NCBI GenBank assembly: GCA_965214605.1
Contig: OZ243961.1
Location: forward strand, 2,976,001-3,040,000
Direction: 5' to 3'
Source: an uncultured Candidatus Binatia bacterium
GTDB lineage: Bacteria > Desulfobacterota > Binatia > Bin18
Length of the DNA: 64,000 bases
Each line of letters starts with the position of its first letter. The first letter of the stretch is position 1. The position numbers were made by a program, and so were the translations under genes. Of this stretch, positions 51,087 to 60,929 are shown one piece after another. The notes below the pieces were generated by a model. It saw nothing but the letters and a program-made list of their open reading frames with translations. It ran no database searches and was not told the DNA's origin.

Positions 51087-52403
51087 ATGCAAGCACGTAA
51101 GGTCTACATTGAAACCTACGGCTGTCAGATGAATATTGCCGATACCGAACTGCTCGTCGGGCTGTTGAAACCGCACGGGTATGAGCCGACCGAGCAGGCC
51201 GAGCAGGCCGATGTGATTCTGCTCAACACCTGCGCCATTCGAGAGCACGCCGAGGAGCGTGTGCTCGGACGCCTGACCGACCTGGTACGCCACAAAACTC
51301 GTCGCCCCAACGTCCGTTTGGGCCTGACCGGCTGCATGGCCCAACACCACCGGGAGCGGCTGCTCGATAAAGCGCCCTTCCTCGACCTTGTCCTCGGTCC
51401 CGATGCGTATCGGAATCTACCAACCCTCTTAAGCCAGGAGGACCCCGACGATCCCCTGGTCTCGGTACGCCTCGACCGGGATGAAACCTACGCCGATGTG
51501 TCTCCGGTCCGGGCTGAGGGCATTCGGGCTTGGGTGACGGTCATGCGCGGATGTGACAAATTCTGCACCTTCTGCATCGTCCCCTACGTCAGAGGGCGTG
51601 AGCGCAGCGTACCGGCCCACGCCCTCCTGAGGCAGGTCCGAGACTTGGCCGAGCAGGGCTATAAGGAAGTGGTGTATCTGGGCCAGACCGTCAACGCCTA
51701 TCACCACGGCCCGTGTGACTTTGGTACGTTGCTGCGGCAGACAGCCGCCATTGACGGCGTTGAGCGTATTCGCTTCACCTCGCCCCATCCCTCGGACATG
51801 AACGAGGCGACCATTGAAGCCATGGCCAGCTGCCCCAAAGTCGCTCCCTACCTGCACCTGCCGCTCCAATCGGCCTCCAATCGCGTGCTGGCACGGATGG
51901 AGCGCGGCTATACCATCGAAGCCTACACTGCCCTCGTTGAGCGGTTGCGGGCAGCCGTCCCCGACCTTGCCCTTTCCACCGATATTATTGTCGGCTTTCC
52001 GGGTGAAGACGAGGACGATTTCCAGGCCACCTACGACTTTATGGAGTCCATTCAGTACGACACGGCTTTTATGTTTAAGTATTCGGTCCGCCAGGGGACC
52101 AAAGCCTCGAAGTGGGGCGATACCCTGTCAGAAGAAGAAAAGGGCGCGCGATTACAGAAGATTATCCGCCTTCAGGAACGCGTTTCCGCTGCGCTCAATC
52201 AGCGGCAGGTGGGCCGTCCCGTCGAAGTTTTGGTCGAGGGGACGGCAAAACGCCAAAAAGACTGGCTGGCTGGAAAGAACAAACAGTTCAAAACCGTGGT
52301 CTTTCCGGCAAATGGCGCCCGGCCGGGCCAGCTCGTGCAGGTCACCGTTGCCTCAGCCACCGCCCACACGCTGGTGGGAGCGGCACATGAGGGAGCACGA
52401 TGA
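51087..52403 (+). CDS. miaB: tRNA 2-methylthio-N6-isopentenyl adenosine(37) methylthiotransferase
   Basis: TYGCQMN, NTCAIRE, GCMAQ, CDKFCTFCIVPYVRGRE motifs; C-terminal TRAM domain. Confidence 0.96.
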   Translation: MQARKVYIETYGCQMNIADTELLVGLLKPHGYEPTEQAEQADVILLNTCAIREHAEERVLGRLTDLVRHKTRRPNVRLGLTGCMAQHHRERLLDKAPFLDLVLGPDAYRNLPTLLSQEDPDDPLVSVRLDRDETYADVSPVRAEGIRAWVTVMRGCDKFCTFCIVPYVRGRERSVPAHALLRQVRDLAEQGYKEVVYLGQTVNAYHHGPCDFGTLLRQTAAIDGVERIRFTSPHPSDMNEATIEAMASCPKVAPYLHLPLQSASNRVLARMERGYTIEAYTALVERLRAAVPDLALSTDIIVGFPGEDEDDFQATYDFMESIQYDTAFMFKYSVRQGTKASKWGDTLSEEEKGARLQKIIRLQERVSAALNQRQVGRPVEVLVEGTAKRQKDWLAGKNKQFKTVVFPANGARPGQLVQVTVASATAHTLVGAAHEGAR

Positions 52404-52487
52404 TTGAGAAGCGGCTGACAAGGGGTGATTGAGCCCTGTCGGAAACGGGGCAGTCCGGCTCTGAGGACCGCGTAGGAGCTCGTCACA

Positions 52488-52841
52488 CTAGTCCAACAAC
52501 TCCTCGACCATCTCCCCCGGTCGCGCTAAGACCGCCCGCTCACCGCGAATAATAATCGGCCGCTGCATGAGCTCCGGGTGTTCGAGCAAGACCCTGACTA
52601 CTGCCTCAGGGGTCGTGTAGTCGGCCTCGTTGAGCCCTAGCTCCTTAAAGCGTTTGTCCTTGCGCACCAAATCGGCGGCTGGGTTGGGCAGGAGCGTTAG
52701 GAAACGCTCAAAATCGGTCTGACTCAAAGGATTTTTCAGATATTCGGTAACGTCGACCTCGACGCCGCGCTGTTGCAGAATTCCGAGCGCTTTTCGGGAC
52801 TGGCCTCAGCCGGGGTTGTGATACATCTCAAGTTTTTCCAT
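52488..52841 (-). CDS. arsC: ArsC/Spx-family arsenate reductase selenoprotein (TGA 52808-52806 = Sec)
   Basis: Upstream extension MEKLEMYHNPG-U-GQSRKAL...EYLKNP joins in frame to ORF 52488-52727 (HPELMQRPII..LARP); U sits at the catalytic Cys of HNPxCSxSR; AGGAGG RBS. Confidence 0.87.
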
Positions 52842-52911
52842 GCAGATACCCTCCTGTAGAGAATGTTGGAGCCAGCTTATCTGGACCGGGCTCACTCTGC
52901 CAACCCCGCTC

Positions 52912-54096
52912 CTAGGGCTCTCTTGTCACCACTAGGCCGCTGCCCCGGAGCATGGGCGAGCCGTCAATCGCGCAGGCCGCGGCGGCGTTTGGCACCTGGC
53001 GTTTGTCGGCCCGCCCGGTCACCTGCAAAACCGCCTCGGCAATGTGTCCCATGCCGTGCAGGCGTCCCTCGCTCAGGCTGCCCCCAAAGGTATTCACCGG
53101 CAGCTCGCCCTCTAGCTTGATGCGGCCGTCCTGGATAAAGGCGTGGGCTTCCCCCTGCGGACAAAATCCGGCCGCTTCCAGCCAATAGAGGGCTGACGGA
53201 CTAAACCCGTCGTACAGCTGGGCGGTACGCATATCCGTGGGCCCGAGGCCGGACGAAGCCCACAGTTTTTTAGCCAACGAGCCCCCACACGCCATGTAGT
53301 CATCCTGCGAATAGTGAAACAAGGTCCGTCGCCGGCTCGTGTTCTGACCGTAGCCGGCCACATAGGCGGGTGGGCTGGGCAGGTCTCTGGCCCGGTCGGC
53401 CGTGGTCAGAACAAGGGCCACGCAGCCCTCGACCGGAATATCGCAGTCAAACAAACACAGCGGTTCGGCAATGGGACGGGCCGAGAAGTACTCTTGGCGG
53501 CTCATCGGCGTGGTATAAAAATAGGCGTGGGGGTTGAGGTTGGCATTCCGGCGACTGTTCGTCACAAAGGTGGCCAAGTCCTCCCGGCTGGCCCCGTACA
53601 GATGCATGTAGCGCTGCCAGGCCATGGCGTGCCACTGAAAAATGCCCGTACAGCCATAGGGGGCGATAAACTGGGCATCGCCCGCCGCCCGATCGCTCTT
53701 CCACGCCCCATAGCGGCCACGCGGGTTGTGCATCGCCCGCCACACCAGAACGTACTCACACGCCCCGGCTAGCAGGGCATGAACCGCCTCAATGATCGGA
53801 CTGGCAATCATGCCGGTTTCGACCTGGGCGTACCAGCGAATATCCGGGGCTAGCACCAAGTGATTCATGATGTATTCAACACTGACAATATCCTGACCGT
53901 CCTTGTGGCCAGCGCCCAGAAACGGCGCTTCGGGAAACGTTGCCAGCCCGTCCACCTGCTCCGGTCTGACCCCGGCGTCAGCCAGGGCAGCCCGACAGCC
54001 GTCAAGGGCCAGGAGGCCAAGCGGTTTTTCCGAGTGTCGGGTCAGCTTAGAATAGCCCACCCCAACAATGGCGGTTTTGCCTCTTCCGGTCCACAT
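52912..54096 (-). CDS. Thiolase-family protein (SCP2/Ltp2-like)
   Basis: AIVGVG, LFDCD, QLYDGFS and NTFGGSLSEGRLHG motifs. Confidence 0.88.
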   Translation of the reverse strand: MWTGRGKTAIVGVGYSKLTRHSEKPLGLLALDGCRAALADAGVRPEQVDGLATFPEAPFLGAGHKDGQDIVSVEYIMNHLVLAPDIRWYAQVETGMIASPIIEAVHALLAGACEYVLVWRAMHNPRGRYGAWKSDRAAGDAQFIAPYGCTGIFQWHAMAWQRYMHLYGASREDLATFVTNSRRNANLNPHAYFYTTPMSRQEYFSARPIAEPLCLFDCDIPVEGCVALVLTTADRARDLPSPPAYVAGYGQNTSRRRTLFHYSQDDYMACGGSLAKKLWASSGLGPTDMRTAQLYDGFSPSALYWLEAAGFCPQGEAHAFIQDGRIKLEGELPVNTFGGSLSEGRLHGMGHIAEAVLQVTGRADKRQVPNAAAACAIDGSPMLRGSGLVVTREP

Positions 54097-54144
54097 ACGC
54101 GCCTCCGTCCGTGGTGCTGCTCCCTCTCGCAAGAGGGCATTGGG

Positions 54145-54561
54145 TCACACTATCCGAAACTGTGGGAGGCTGATCTCCGCGTCGACGTCTTCAAAAAAGA
54201 CCTCAACCGATCTGCCAATTTGTACCTTATCCCGGTCGGCCAGCGGCAGGTTGGCGACCATAAACAGGCGTTCTTGCTCTTCCAACTCGACCAGGATGTT
54301 CAGATAGGGAATGTGGTCTTCAAAGCCGGCAATGTTCGGCTGGTGCATGACCGTGAAGCTGTAGACCGTGCCCCGGCCGCTCACTGGCTCGAAATCCAGC
54401 TGCTGCGACTGGCAGGCGTCACACGCCACCCGTGGGGGATGGTTAAAATAGCCACATGCCGTGCAGTGCTGGAGTACCAGGCGGTGGTGTTTGGCCGCGT
54501 CCCAGAACGGCTTGGAGAGCGTATCAACTGCGGGCAGCGGTTTGGGCCGTTTTTCCGACAT
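54145..54561 (-). CDS. DUF35 Zn-ribbon/OB-fold protein (thiolase partner)
   Basis: PFWDAA, CTACG..HPPRVACDAC and SGRGTVYSFT motifs. Confidence 0.92.
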   Translation of the reverse strand: MSEKRPKPLPAVDTLSKPFWDAAKHHRLVLQHCTACGYFNHPPRVACDACQSQQLDFEPVSGRGTVYSFTVMHQPNIAGFEDHIPYLNILVELEEQERLFMVANLPLADRDKVQIGRSVEVFFEDVDAEISLPQFRIV

Positions 54562-54577
54562 ACCGGACTCCTGTGAC

Positions 54578-57500
54578 TCAGGGTGAGACCGAAATTATAC
54601 TTGAGCGGCTGCTTTTGTGAATCTTCACCTGCATCGGCATTGCTGCGGCGACTTCTTCGACATGCGTAATAATGCCAACCATCCGGCCTTCTTCGCCGCG
54701 CAACTCTTGGAGTGTTTCCGTCACCATTTGCACGCCCTCTCGGTCCAGCGTGCCAAACCCCTCATCCAGAATCAGGCATTCGGTGGAGGTCTTTGCCGCA
54801 CGCCCAGTTGCAACGGTCCGAAAACCTTGCGAGAGAGCGAGCGCAATGGCGAGCGAAGCCAAAAAGGTTTCTCCGCCCGACAGGGAACGGGTCGGCCGGG
54901 CTCGCTGCCGATTTTCGTGGTCAATAATTTGGAGATCAATCGCCCGACCGCGATAGGCAATATCAAACGCATACCGTCCGTGGGTGAGCCGTTGCAGGTG
55001 GCCGGACGCATCGCGCATGAGGGCCTCTATAGCCCCCCGCGAAAGAAAGTCGGTGAACTCCGAGCCCAGCAGCTTACGCAGGTCTGACGCCATGCGTTGC
55101 TCGGTTTCGGCGGTGCGCAGTTTTTCTTCTTCCTGCTCTTTCTCCTTCCAGCGACGTTTGGCCTCGGCCTGTTCCGCCTCTAAACGCCCGCGGTATTCTT
55201 GAAGAGAGAGCCTTTGCCCTCGCACCGTTTCCAGCTGGGGCTTGATATTTGCCCCGTCCTCACCGGCGTCAGCCACGCGTTGCCGGGCAATCGCCTCCCG
55301 CAGCTTTTCCCGTTCCCGTGCGAGCTGGCTTTGAGCCTGTTGCTGTCTGTCCCGCACTTCTTCCAACACGCGCGTTCGGGCTTGCAGGTCGACCTGCAGC
55401 TCGGCGGCCCGACGTTCGGCCCGCCCGTGATTCGCCCGCACGGCGTCTTCACGCTGCGATAACTCTAGGAACCGGCCCTGCTTACGTGACAGCCCGTTGA
55501 GTTCCCTTCCGAGGTCTTCAGCCCGTGGGAAAGACGCGTCTGCGGCCAGACCGAGACATTCTCGGACTGCTCGTGCCTCACGCTCGGCTCGTTGCAACGC
55601 CGCCTTGCGTTCGGACGCGAGCAGGCTGAGAGCCCCCTCGGCTTGGATTTGCCGTGTGGTGAGCTGGTTGAGAGCCGTTTCTGCCCGATGTCGGCCTGCC
55701 TCTGACTCCTTCCTGTGTTGCTCAGCCTGCATCACACGGGTCCGGCGTTGGATAATGCTGTCTTCGGGGTCTGTGTGCGGTGCGTGAAACACGGCAATTT
55801 CGGCCCTGAGCTCCGTGAACTGACGCGTAGCGGTGTTCAGCCTTTCTGTTGACCCTCGCAGCGCTTCGGCGAGCTTTGCCTCTTCTTGTTGGGCGCGTTC
55901 ACGGTGGCGTGACAGCTTCCCCTTTTCTTGTTCGGCAGACACCGCCTGGAGCTCGACATCTTTGAGGGTTGCGCCAAGTTCGTTTTGTTGTGCCTGTAAA
56001 GCCTGCAGGGCTTTGGCAGGAGACGCATGGCCGGGGAAACGTGCCATGAATCGGTCCTGGCCTGCTTGGTAGACGCGGGCGCATTCTTGCAGTTCCTGCT
56101 CTGCAGCCGTAAGCCCCGCCCGTTGTCTGACAACCGTTGCATGGGCTTCTTGCGCTGCTCTCCGTTTTTGCTCCGTGGTCTGTTGGGTGCCTTCCAACTG
56201 CGCCTGCAGTTCCTGCAGACTGTTCCCCGCGTCTTGAGCAGCAGGAATTGTGCCGACGGGTGCCTGACATACCGGACAGGCGTCGCCAATGTGAAGCGTC
56301 TCCCGCAGATGGGCGGCTTCGTGCTGGCGCTGGGCGTCTTCAAGTGCGGTGCGGGCCGCCTGCTCCTGCCCTTGCGCTTGGGCGAGATCGTCCCCGGCGT
56401 GCCGGGCTGTGTGTTCGGCTCTGGCAAGCGCCCTACGGGTGGTCTCACACGTGGCTTGGAGCCGCTCTTCTGCCTCGGCCGCCCCGCGGAGTTCTCGGCC
56501 CAGAGATTCCGCTTCCGCCATCAATTGGCGCTTCTGGCGCTCGTCTTCTCTGGCTCGTTCACGCGTTGCCGTGAGCCTCCGGACCACCTGCTCGTGGAGA
56601 GCCTCTTGGCGCTTCACCTGATCCCGCGTGTGTTGGATGGCCGCTTGTTCGCGGCGCAACGAGTCGATCTGAGCGTGCAGTTCCCGCAGTTCCCGGTCCA
56701 GCTCTTTCCAGCGTTTTGCCGCGCTCAGCTTTTCCGTGAGCATGGCCACGTCGCCGGCTTCGGCAATGAGCTGTTCATAGGCGGCCGTGTGGGTCTGAGA
56801 CTGAGCGCGCGCCTGCTCAACCTCCCGTGTATGTCGCGCGATCCGTTGTGTCAGCGCCTCAACTTCTCCCTGAGCACGGGTATGTTCAGCACTTTTCTGT
56901 TCGGCTTCCTTGTGAGCGACCGCCCAGTCACCAAGATGAACAACGGCCCGTTTGACGACCTCGTGCCGCGCTGTATCATAGCCGAGTGCCTGTCGTTCTT
57001 GACCGATCTGGGCTAATTCACGGGTCAGTCCAGCAACCCGGACTACCACCTCATCGGCCTTTTTTTTTGCTCCCTCTCTCTCTTGCGTACGTATCTGGAC
57101 GTCTCCCTGAAGCTCGGCAGCCCGACTTCGGACCCCTACGACGTGATCGACCTGTTGGGCCACACTTTGCAGGACTTGCTCTTGCTGAGAGAGATGCTCA
57201 AGGCGTTGGTCAAGCTGGGCCAACTCTTCTTGCCGGAGTGTCAGGGACGCCTGGCTCAACCCGGCGTATTGGGCCAAGGTTTCCCGCCGCGTTTCCGCCC
57301 GGGCTTTGGCCTGGTCGGCCACGAGTTTGGCCTGGTCGGCCACGCGCGCGTACACGCCGAGTTCCAAGATTTTGGCGAGCAACTCGCGGCGCTTTTTCGG
57401 CTCGCTGGTCAGAAACTCGGCATAGCGCCCTTGTGGGAGAATGACCGTTTTGGTGAAGCTCTCAAAATCAAGGCCCAATAACTCTTCAACGCGTTTTGTG

Positions 57501-57859
57501 AGGAGAGTGGATCCGGATTGATCCTGTATCCACTCTTGCCCCTCACGTTCGCTTAACCCGGAGTCCGTAATCTGGCCTGTGCGGCGAACCGCTCGAAACC
57601 ACTGCCGACCAACCGTGAAGTCAAGCACGACCTCACACGTCTGCGCCCCGGCTGAAATCACGCCTCTTGAATCCGCGCCGTAGCGTGCCGTGCGACCATA
57701 CAGGCACCACACAATCGCGTCGATCAGCGCAGACTTCCCGCTGGCCATCGGGCCGGTAATGGCGAAGAGGTCGAGCTGTGAGAAGTCTACTTCATGGACC
57801 TGATTGCCTGTCTCCCGAAAGGACATGAAATTTTTGAGGCTGAGTTTTTGGGGACGCAT
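54578..57859 (-). CDS. sbcC: SbcC/Rad50 SMC-family ATPase
   Basis: Walker A GPMASGKS, Q-loop LPQGRY, zinc hook CPVC, signature LSGGE, Walker B LDEGFGTLD, ITH. Confidence 0.95.
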   Translation of the reverse strand: MRPQKLSLKNFMSFRETGNQVHEVDFSQLDLFAITGPMASGKSALIDAIVWCLYGRTARYGADSRGVISAGAQTCEVVLDFTVGRQWFRAVRRTGQITDSGLSEREGQEWIQDQSGSTLLTKRVEELLGLDFESFTKTVILPQGRYAEFLTSEPKKRRELLAKILELGVYARVADQAKLVADQAKARAETRRETLAQYAGLSQASLTLRQEELAQLDQRLEHLSQQEQVLQSVAQQVDHVVGVRSRAAELQGDVQIRTQEREGAKKKADEVVVRVAGLTRELAQIGQERQALGYDTARHEVVKRAVVHLGDWAVAHKEAEQKSAEHTRAQGEVEALTQRIARHTREVEQARAQSQTHTAAYEQLIAEAGDVAMLTEKLSAAKRWKELDRELRELHAQIDSLRREQAAIQHTRDQVKRQEALHEQVVRRLTATRERAREDERQKRQLMAEAESLGRELRGAAEAEERLQATCETTRRALARAEHTARHAGDDLAQAQGQEQAARTALEDAQRQHEAAHLRETLHIGDACPVCQAPVGTIPAAQDAGNSLQELQAQLEGTQQTTEQKRRAAQEAHATVVRQRAGLTAAEQELQECARVYQAGQDRFMARFPGHASPAKALQALQAQQNELGATLKDVELQAVSAEQEKGKLSRHRERAQQEEAKLAEALRGSTERLNTATRQFTELRAEIAVFHAPHTDPEDSIIQRRTRVMQAEQHRKESEAGRHRAETALNQLTTRQIQAEGALSLLASERKAALQRAEREARAVRECLGLAADASFPRAEDLGRELNGLSRKQGRFLELSQREDAVRANHGRAERRAAELQVDLQARTRVLEEVRDRQQQAQSQLAREREKLREAIARQRVADAGEDGANIKPQLETVRGQRLSLQEYRGRLEAEQAEAKRRWKEKEQEEEKLRTAETEQRMASDLRKLLGSEFTDFLSRGAIEALMRDASGHLQRLTHGRYAFDIAYRGRAIDLQIIDHENRQRARPTRSLSGGETFLASLAIALALSQGFRTVATGRAAKTSTECLILDEGFGTLDREGVQMVTETLQELRGEEGRMVGIITHVEEVAAAMPMQVKIHKSSRSSIISVSP

Positions 57860-57996
57860 GGTACTAACCGTCAACTCCTTTGGAAATCTCTGCCCTGCCG
57901 CCTCACCCGCCGGTGGCAGAGGTGGCCGGTGAGGGGACATGCACGCTCACTGCCATACCCCTCTCCCCCAAGGGAGGAGAAGGCGACGTGCGGCCA

Positions 57997-59172
57997 TCAG
58001 GGCTCATCGCGTGCGGTGCTGACCTCTTGATAGAGTCGCTCAAATAAGGCCACGAGCTGAGGTTCGGGAGGAGCGTTGCGTTTTGATTTATAGTAACCGG
58101 TAAAAAGTTCGGCCGCTGGACGCTCCTTCGGATTGTGCAGTGTTTCGCTGCCCGTGTCTCTTACGGGCGTCTCTTCAAACCGCAGCGACACCACGCCGGG
58201 CAGAGCACGGATGCGTTCAATCAGTTCAGAAGTTTGGCCTTCCGGCTTTAAGACGACCTCGACCCAGGCGTTCGTGAACTCTTCGGCCTCAGACAGGATG
58301 GCCTCGGCCGTCCCTGTCCGACGCAGCAACGCCTTGCCGTGTGTCAGCGCAATCGGCGAGACGTCCGCGGGTTTGTCCGGATGCGCCTCAATCAGATACA
58401 CACTCTTTTGTTGGCCCCGCTCACCAAAGTCCATTTGCAGGATCGAGCCGGCATAGTGCGTCTGCGCACTTGTCCTGGGCACTTTTTGTGGCTTATGCAT
58501 GTGTCCCAAGGCCACATAGTGCACCTGACCGGGTAAAACCCCAGGATCAATAGGGAAGATGCTTGAGCGCCACTCCCCGCCGCCAAACTCCGTGCCGGCA
58601 ATATGGGCGTGAGCCAGCACGATGGATACTGCATTGCGATCCTTCTGGTGCATTGCTCCTTTCAAGGCGTCCAGATAGTTCTTAACCTCACTCTGATAGG
58701 AACTCAGACGTTCGGTCTCGCTTTTGTCCGTTCCTTCGGCCGCGGTCAGAACGTGGTGGGGATGGAGGTAGGGCAGACAACCCACCAGCGCGCGCTCTCC
58801 CCCCTCCCGTTGAGGAATGGAAACAATGAGATCCAAAGGGTCTACGCTGAGGTCGGCCATCATATACACGCGGAGCAAATCGCCCAGAGGTTTGAGAGTG
58901 CGCAGGCGGGCGGCGTCATCGTGATTGCCCGGAATGACAACCGAGACGATATTCTCGCGGGCGAGTTGGGCCAGGGTCTGAGCCACGAGTTCCTCAGCAG
59001 CAAGGGGCGGCCGCCGCTCATGGAAGATGTCGCCGGTGACCAGAACGGCATCGACCTGTTCGCGCCTGGCAATATCAATAAGCTCGGCAAACACGGCCTG
59101 GTGTTCATCCATCCGGGAGCGACTGCGAATGGTCCGGCCAACGTGCCAGTCTGAGGTATGGAGAAACTTCAT
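57997..59172 (-). CDS. sbcD: SbcD/Mre11 nuclease
   Basis: HTSDWHVG, TGD, PGNHD, AH and LGHMH phosphoesterase motifs. Confidence 0.95.
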   Translation of the reverse strand: MKFLHTSDWHVGRTIRSRSRMDEHQAVFAELIDIARREQVDAVLVTGDIFHERRPPLAAEELVAQTLAQLARENIVSVVIPGNHDDAARLRTLKPLGDLLRVYMMADLSVDPLDLIVSIPQREGGERALVGCLPYLHPHHVLTAAEGTDKSETERLSSYQSEVKNYLDALKGAMHQKDRNAVSIVLAHAHIAGTEFGGGEWRSSIFPIDPGVLPGQVHYVALGHMHKPQKVPRTSAQTHYAGSILQMDFGERGQQKSVYLIEAHPDKPADVSPIALTHGKALLRRTGTAEAILSEAEEFTNAWVEVVLKPEGQTSELIERIRALPGVVSLRFEETPVRDTGSETLHNPKERPAAELFTGYYKSKRNAPPEPQLVALFERLYQEVSTARDEP

Positions 59173-59182
59173 GGCCGGCTTC

Positions 59183-60913
59183 CTAATACTCACTTTCCCG
59201 GACCCGGGCCAGTTTCAGACTCGGCTTGGGCAGCTTCTGCTCCTCAACCCGGGTCGCCCAGGCCGGCTTGGGAAAGCGGACCGGGACAGGCGTTGGGATA
59301 TCCGGCTGCGAGACGATCATCCGGCCTGAGGTCAAAATGACTGCCCGCTGACGGAGTGTGGCGGGCAGGAAGCCGTACTCGGCGCGTTCGGCCTCGGCCG
59401 CGTCTAAGCGTCCGACAATCCGAAACGCCGGGTTGGCCACAATCCGGCGCTCCACCTCAGACGCCGTTTGCTGCGCGCCGATCAGGATCGTGCCGCTCGA
59501 CCGGCCCCGCTCGGCAATTTCCAGCAGTCGCTCGCGAATCGGCGACCAGCCGTCGCGCGGGGCATAGCGGTTGAGCTCATCGACCACAATGAAACACAGC
59601 GGTTCGGCCGAGCCGGTGTCCTCTTTTTCCTGCTGAATCTGCTGCAGAACCGAGCCGACCACAAAACCCTTGCCAATTTCAGACAGCCCGGTCAGGCTGA
59701 CCACCGTCACCTGCTTTTTGCGCCAGTTGATGCTGTGGGCGTTCGGGTCGGCGTCGGCCGGATCGCGAATGATATGGGCGACCTTGTCTTCGGCACTGTA
59801 CATCCGTCGTTGAAAAGCCCCGATTGTGCCCTGGGCGTGATTGGTGCTCGCAGCGAGAGCTTCCATGGCTCGCAGCAGGGTCGGAAAGTCCCGGATCTCG
59901 TGCTCCTCCGGGACCGCTCCGGCGTCTTGCTCAGCGTTTGCCCCTTGCCCTCTCCCCTTTTTTTCGGCTTTGTCGATCGGCAGAAATACGCTTGGTCCCG
60001 GCCCGTCGTGTTTGTCCGCAGTCTCGGCCGCCTCACTCAGGCGACGTTCCATCTGGTAGATCAGGCTCGATAACAGTGAGGCTTCGTCTCCGCTGTCGGT
60101 AAACAGATAGCGCAGCAAACGCTCACGGCAAAAGTCGCGGACGGTCCAAAAGTAGGGCGTGACCTCATCGGCCGGGCGGGAGCCGACCCGAGGCATAATC
60201 GAGCTGCGGGCCTGCTCTGTTGGCGGCACATAGAACTGGACCGAATCAAACGGCGCGGCCGGCAGACCCATGGTCTCGTACTCGCTTTCGTCTTCGAGAC
60301 CGATGGCGTTGCTAGGTTTATCAAGGAAGAGCAAATCCTCGCCCTTGACGTTAAAGATAATCGCGTGGGTGTTCTTGGCGTCGTTCAGCTGACCGCAGTG
60401 CAGTAAACTGTGGAGCAGAAAGGTTGCGTAGGTTGTTTTGGTTGCAATACCCGACACGCCGCTGATGTTCATGTGGGCGCCTTTGCGGCCGTTCAGAAAA
60501 TCGAGATTGCCGTACACCACCTCTTGTCCGGACAAAGACAGCCCGATTGGAAACTTGTACTCCATTTTGTCCATAAAGAGGGCTTGAGCGTACTCTTCTC
60601 CACGGACCACCCGGACCGTATTGCCCGGCAGCGGCGGATAGTAATACTCGGGCTCCAAGCGGGTGACTTTGACATGAGCGGCAATTGACAGCTCGACCGG
60701 CAGACCCTGCTCAGCCTCAACCACGTCCGAGTCAAACATCGAGCCCTGATGGCGCGAACGGATCATATCGACCATGCCAAACAGCTTGAGGGCCCCCTGC
60801 GGCGATTGGGTTTCGACCACCACCGCCTCGTCAACCTGCACGGCTTCGCCCTCCTCCAACAAGACCCAGAATTCCAGCGGGGTGGCGTCCTGCGTCCCAA
60901 TCACTTTGCCCAT
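59183..60913 (-). CDS. herA: HerA-family (DUF87) ATPase/helicase
   Basis: N-terminal HAS-barrel-like region (GKVIG...), HMNISGVSGIATKT Walker A variant, FNVKGED, VVDELNRYAP, ERGRS, GAQQ. Confidence 0.85.
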   Translation of the reverse strand: MGKVIGTQDATPLEFWVLLEEGEAVQVDEAVVVETQSPQGALKLFGMVDMIRSRHQGSMFDSDVVEAEQGLPVELSIAAHVKVTRLEPEYYYPPLPGNTVRVVRGEEYAQALFMDKMEYKFPIGLSLSGQEVVYGNLDFLNGRKGAHMNISGVSGIATKTTYATFLLHSLLHCGQLNDAKNTHAIIFNVKGEDLLFLDKPSNAIGLEDESEYETMGLPAAPFDSVQFYVPPTEQARSSIMPRVGSRPADEVTPYFWTVRDFCRERLLRYLFTDSGDEASLLSSLIYQMERRLSEAAETADKHDGPGPSVFLPIDKAEKKGRGQGANAEQDAGAVPEEHEIRDFPTLLRAMEALAASTNHAQGTIGAFQRRMYSAEDKVAHIIRDPADADPNAHSINWRKKQVTVVSLTGLSEIGKGFVVGSVLQQIQQEKEDTGSAEPLCFIVVDELNRYAPRDGWSPIRERLLEIAERGRSSGTILIGAQQTASEVERRIVANPAFRIVGRLDAAEAERAEYGFLPATLRQRAVILTSGRMIVSQPDIPTPVPVRFPKPAWATRVEEQKLPKPSLKLARVRESEY

Positions 60914-60929
60914 GGTTTATCCTTCACTC

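Noticed and set aside
56027-57016. 329 aa + strand ORF and other long antisense ORFs (e.g. 53860-54576, 49075-49698)
   Set aside because: Shadow frames of GC-rich genes on the opposite strand with no recognisable motifs
57304-57345. 21-nt-period direct repeat TTTGGCCTGGTCGGCCACG
   Set aside because: Coding heptad duplication (VADQAKL/VADQAKA) in the SbcC coiled coil
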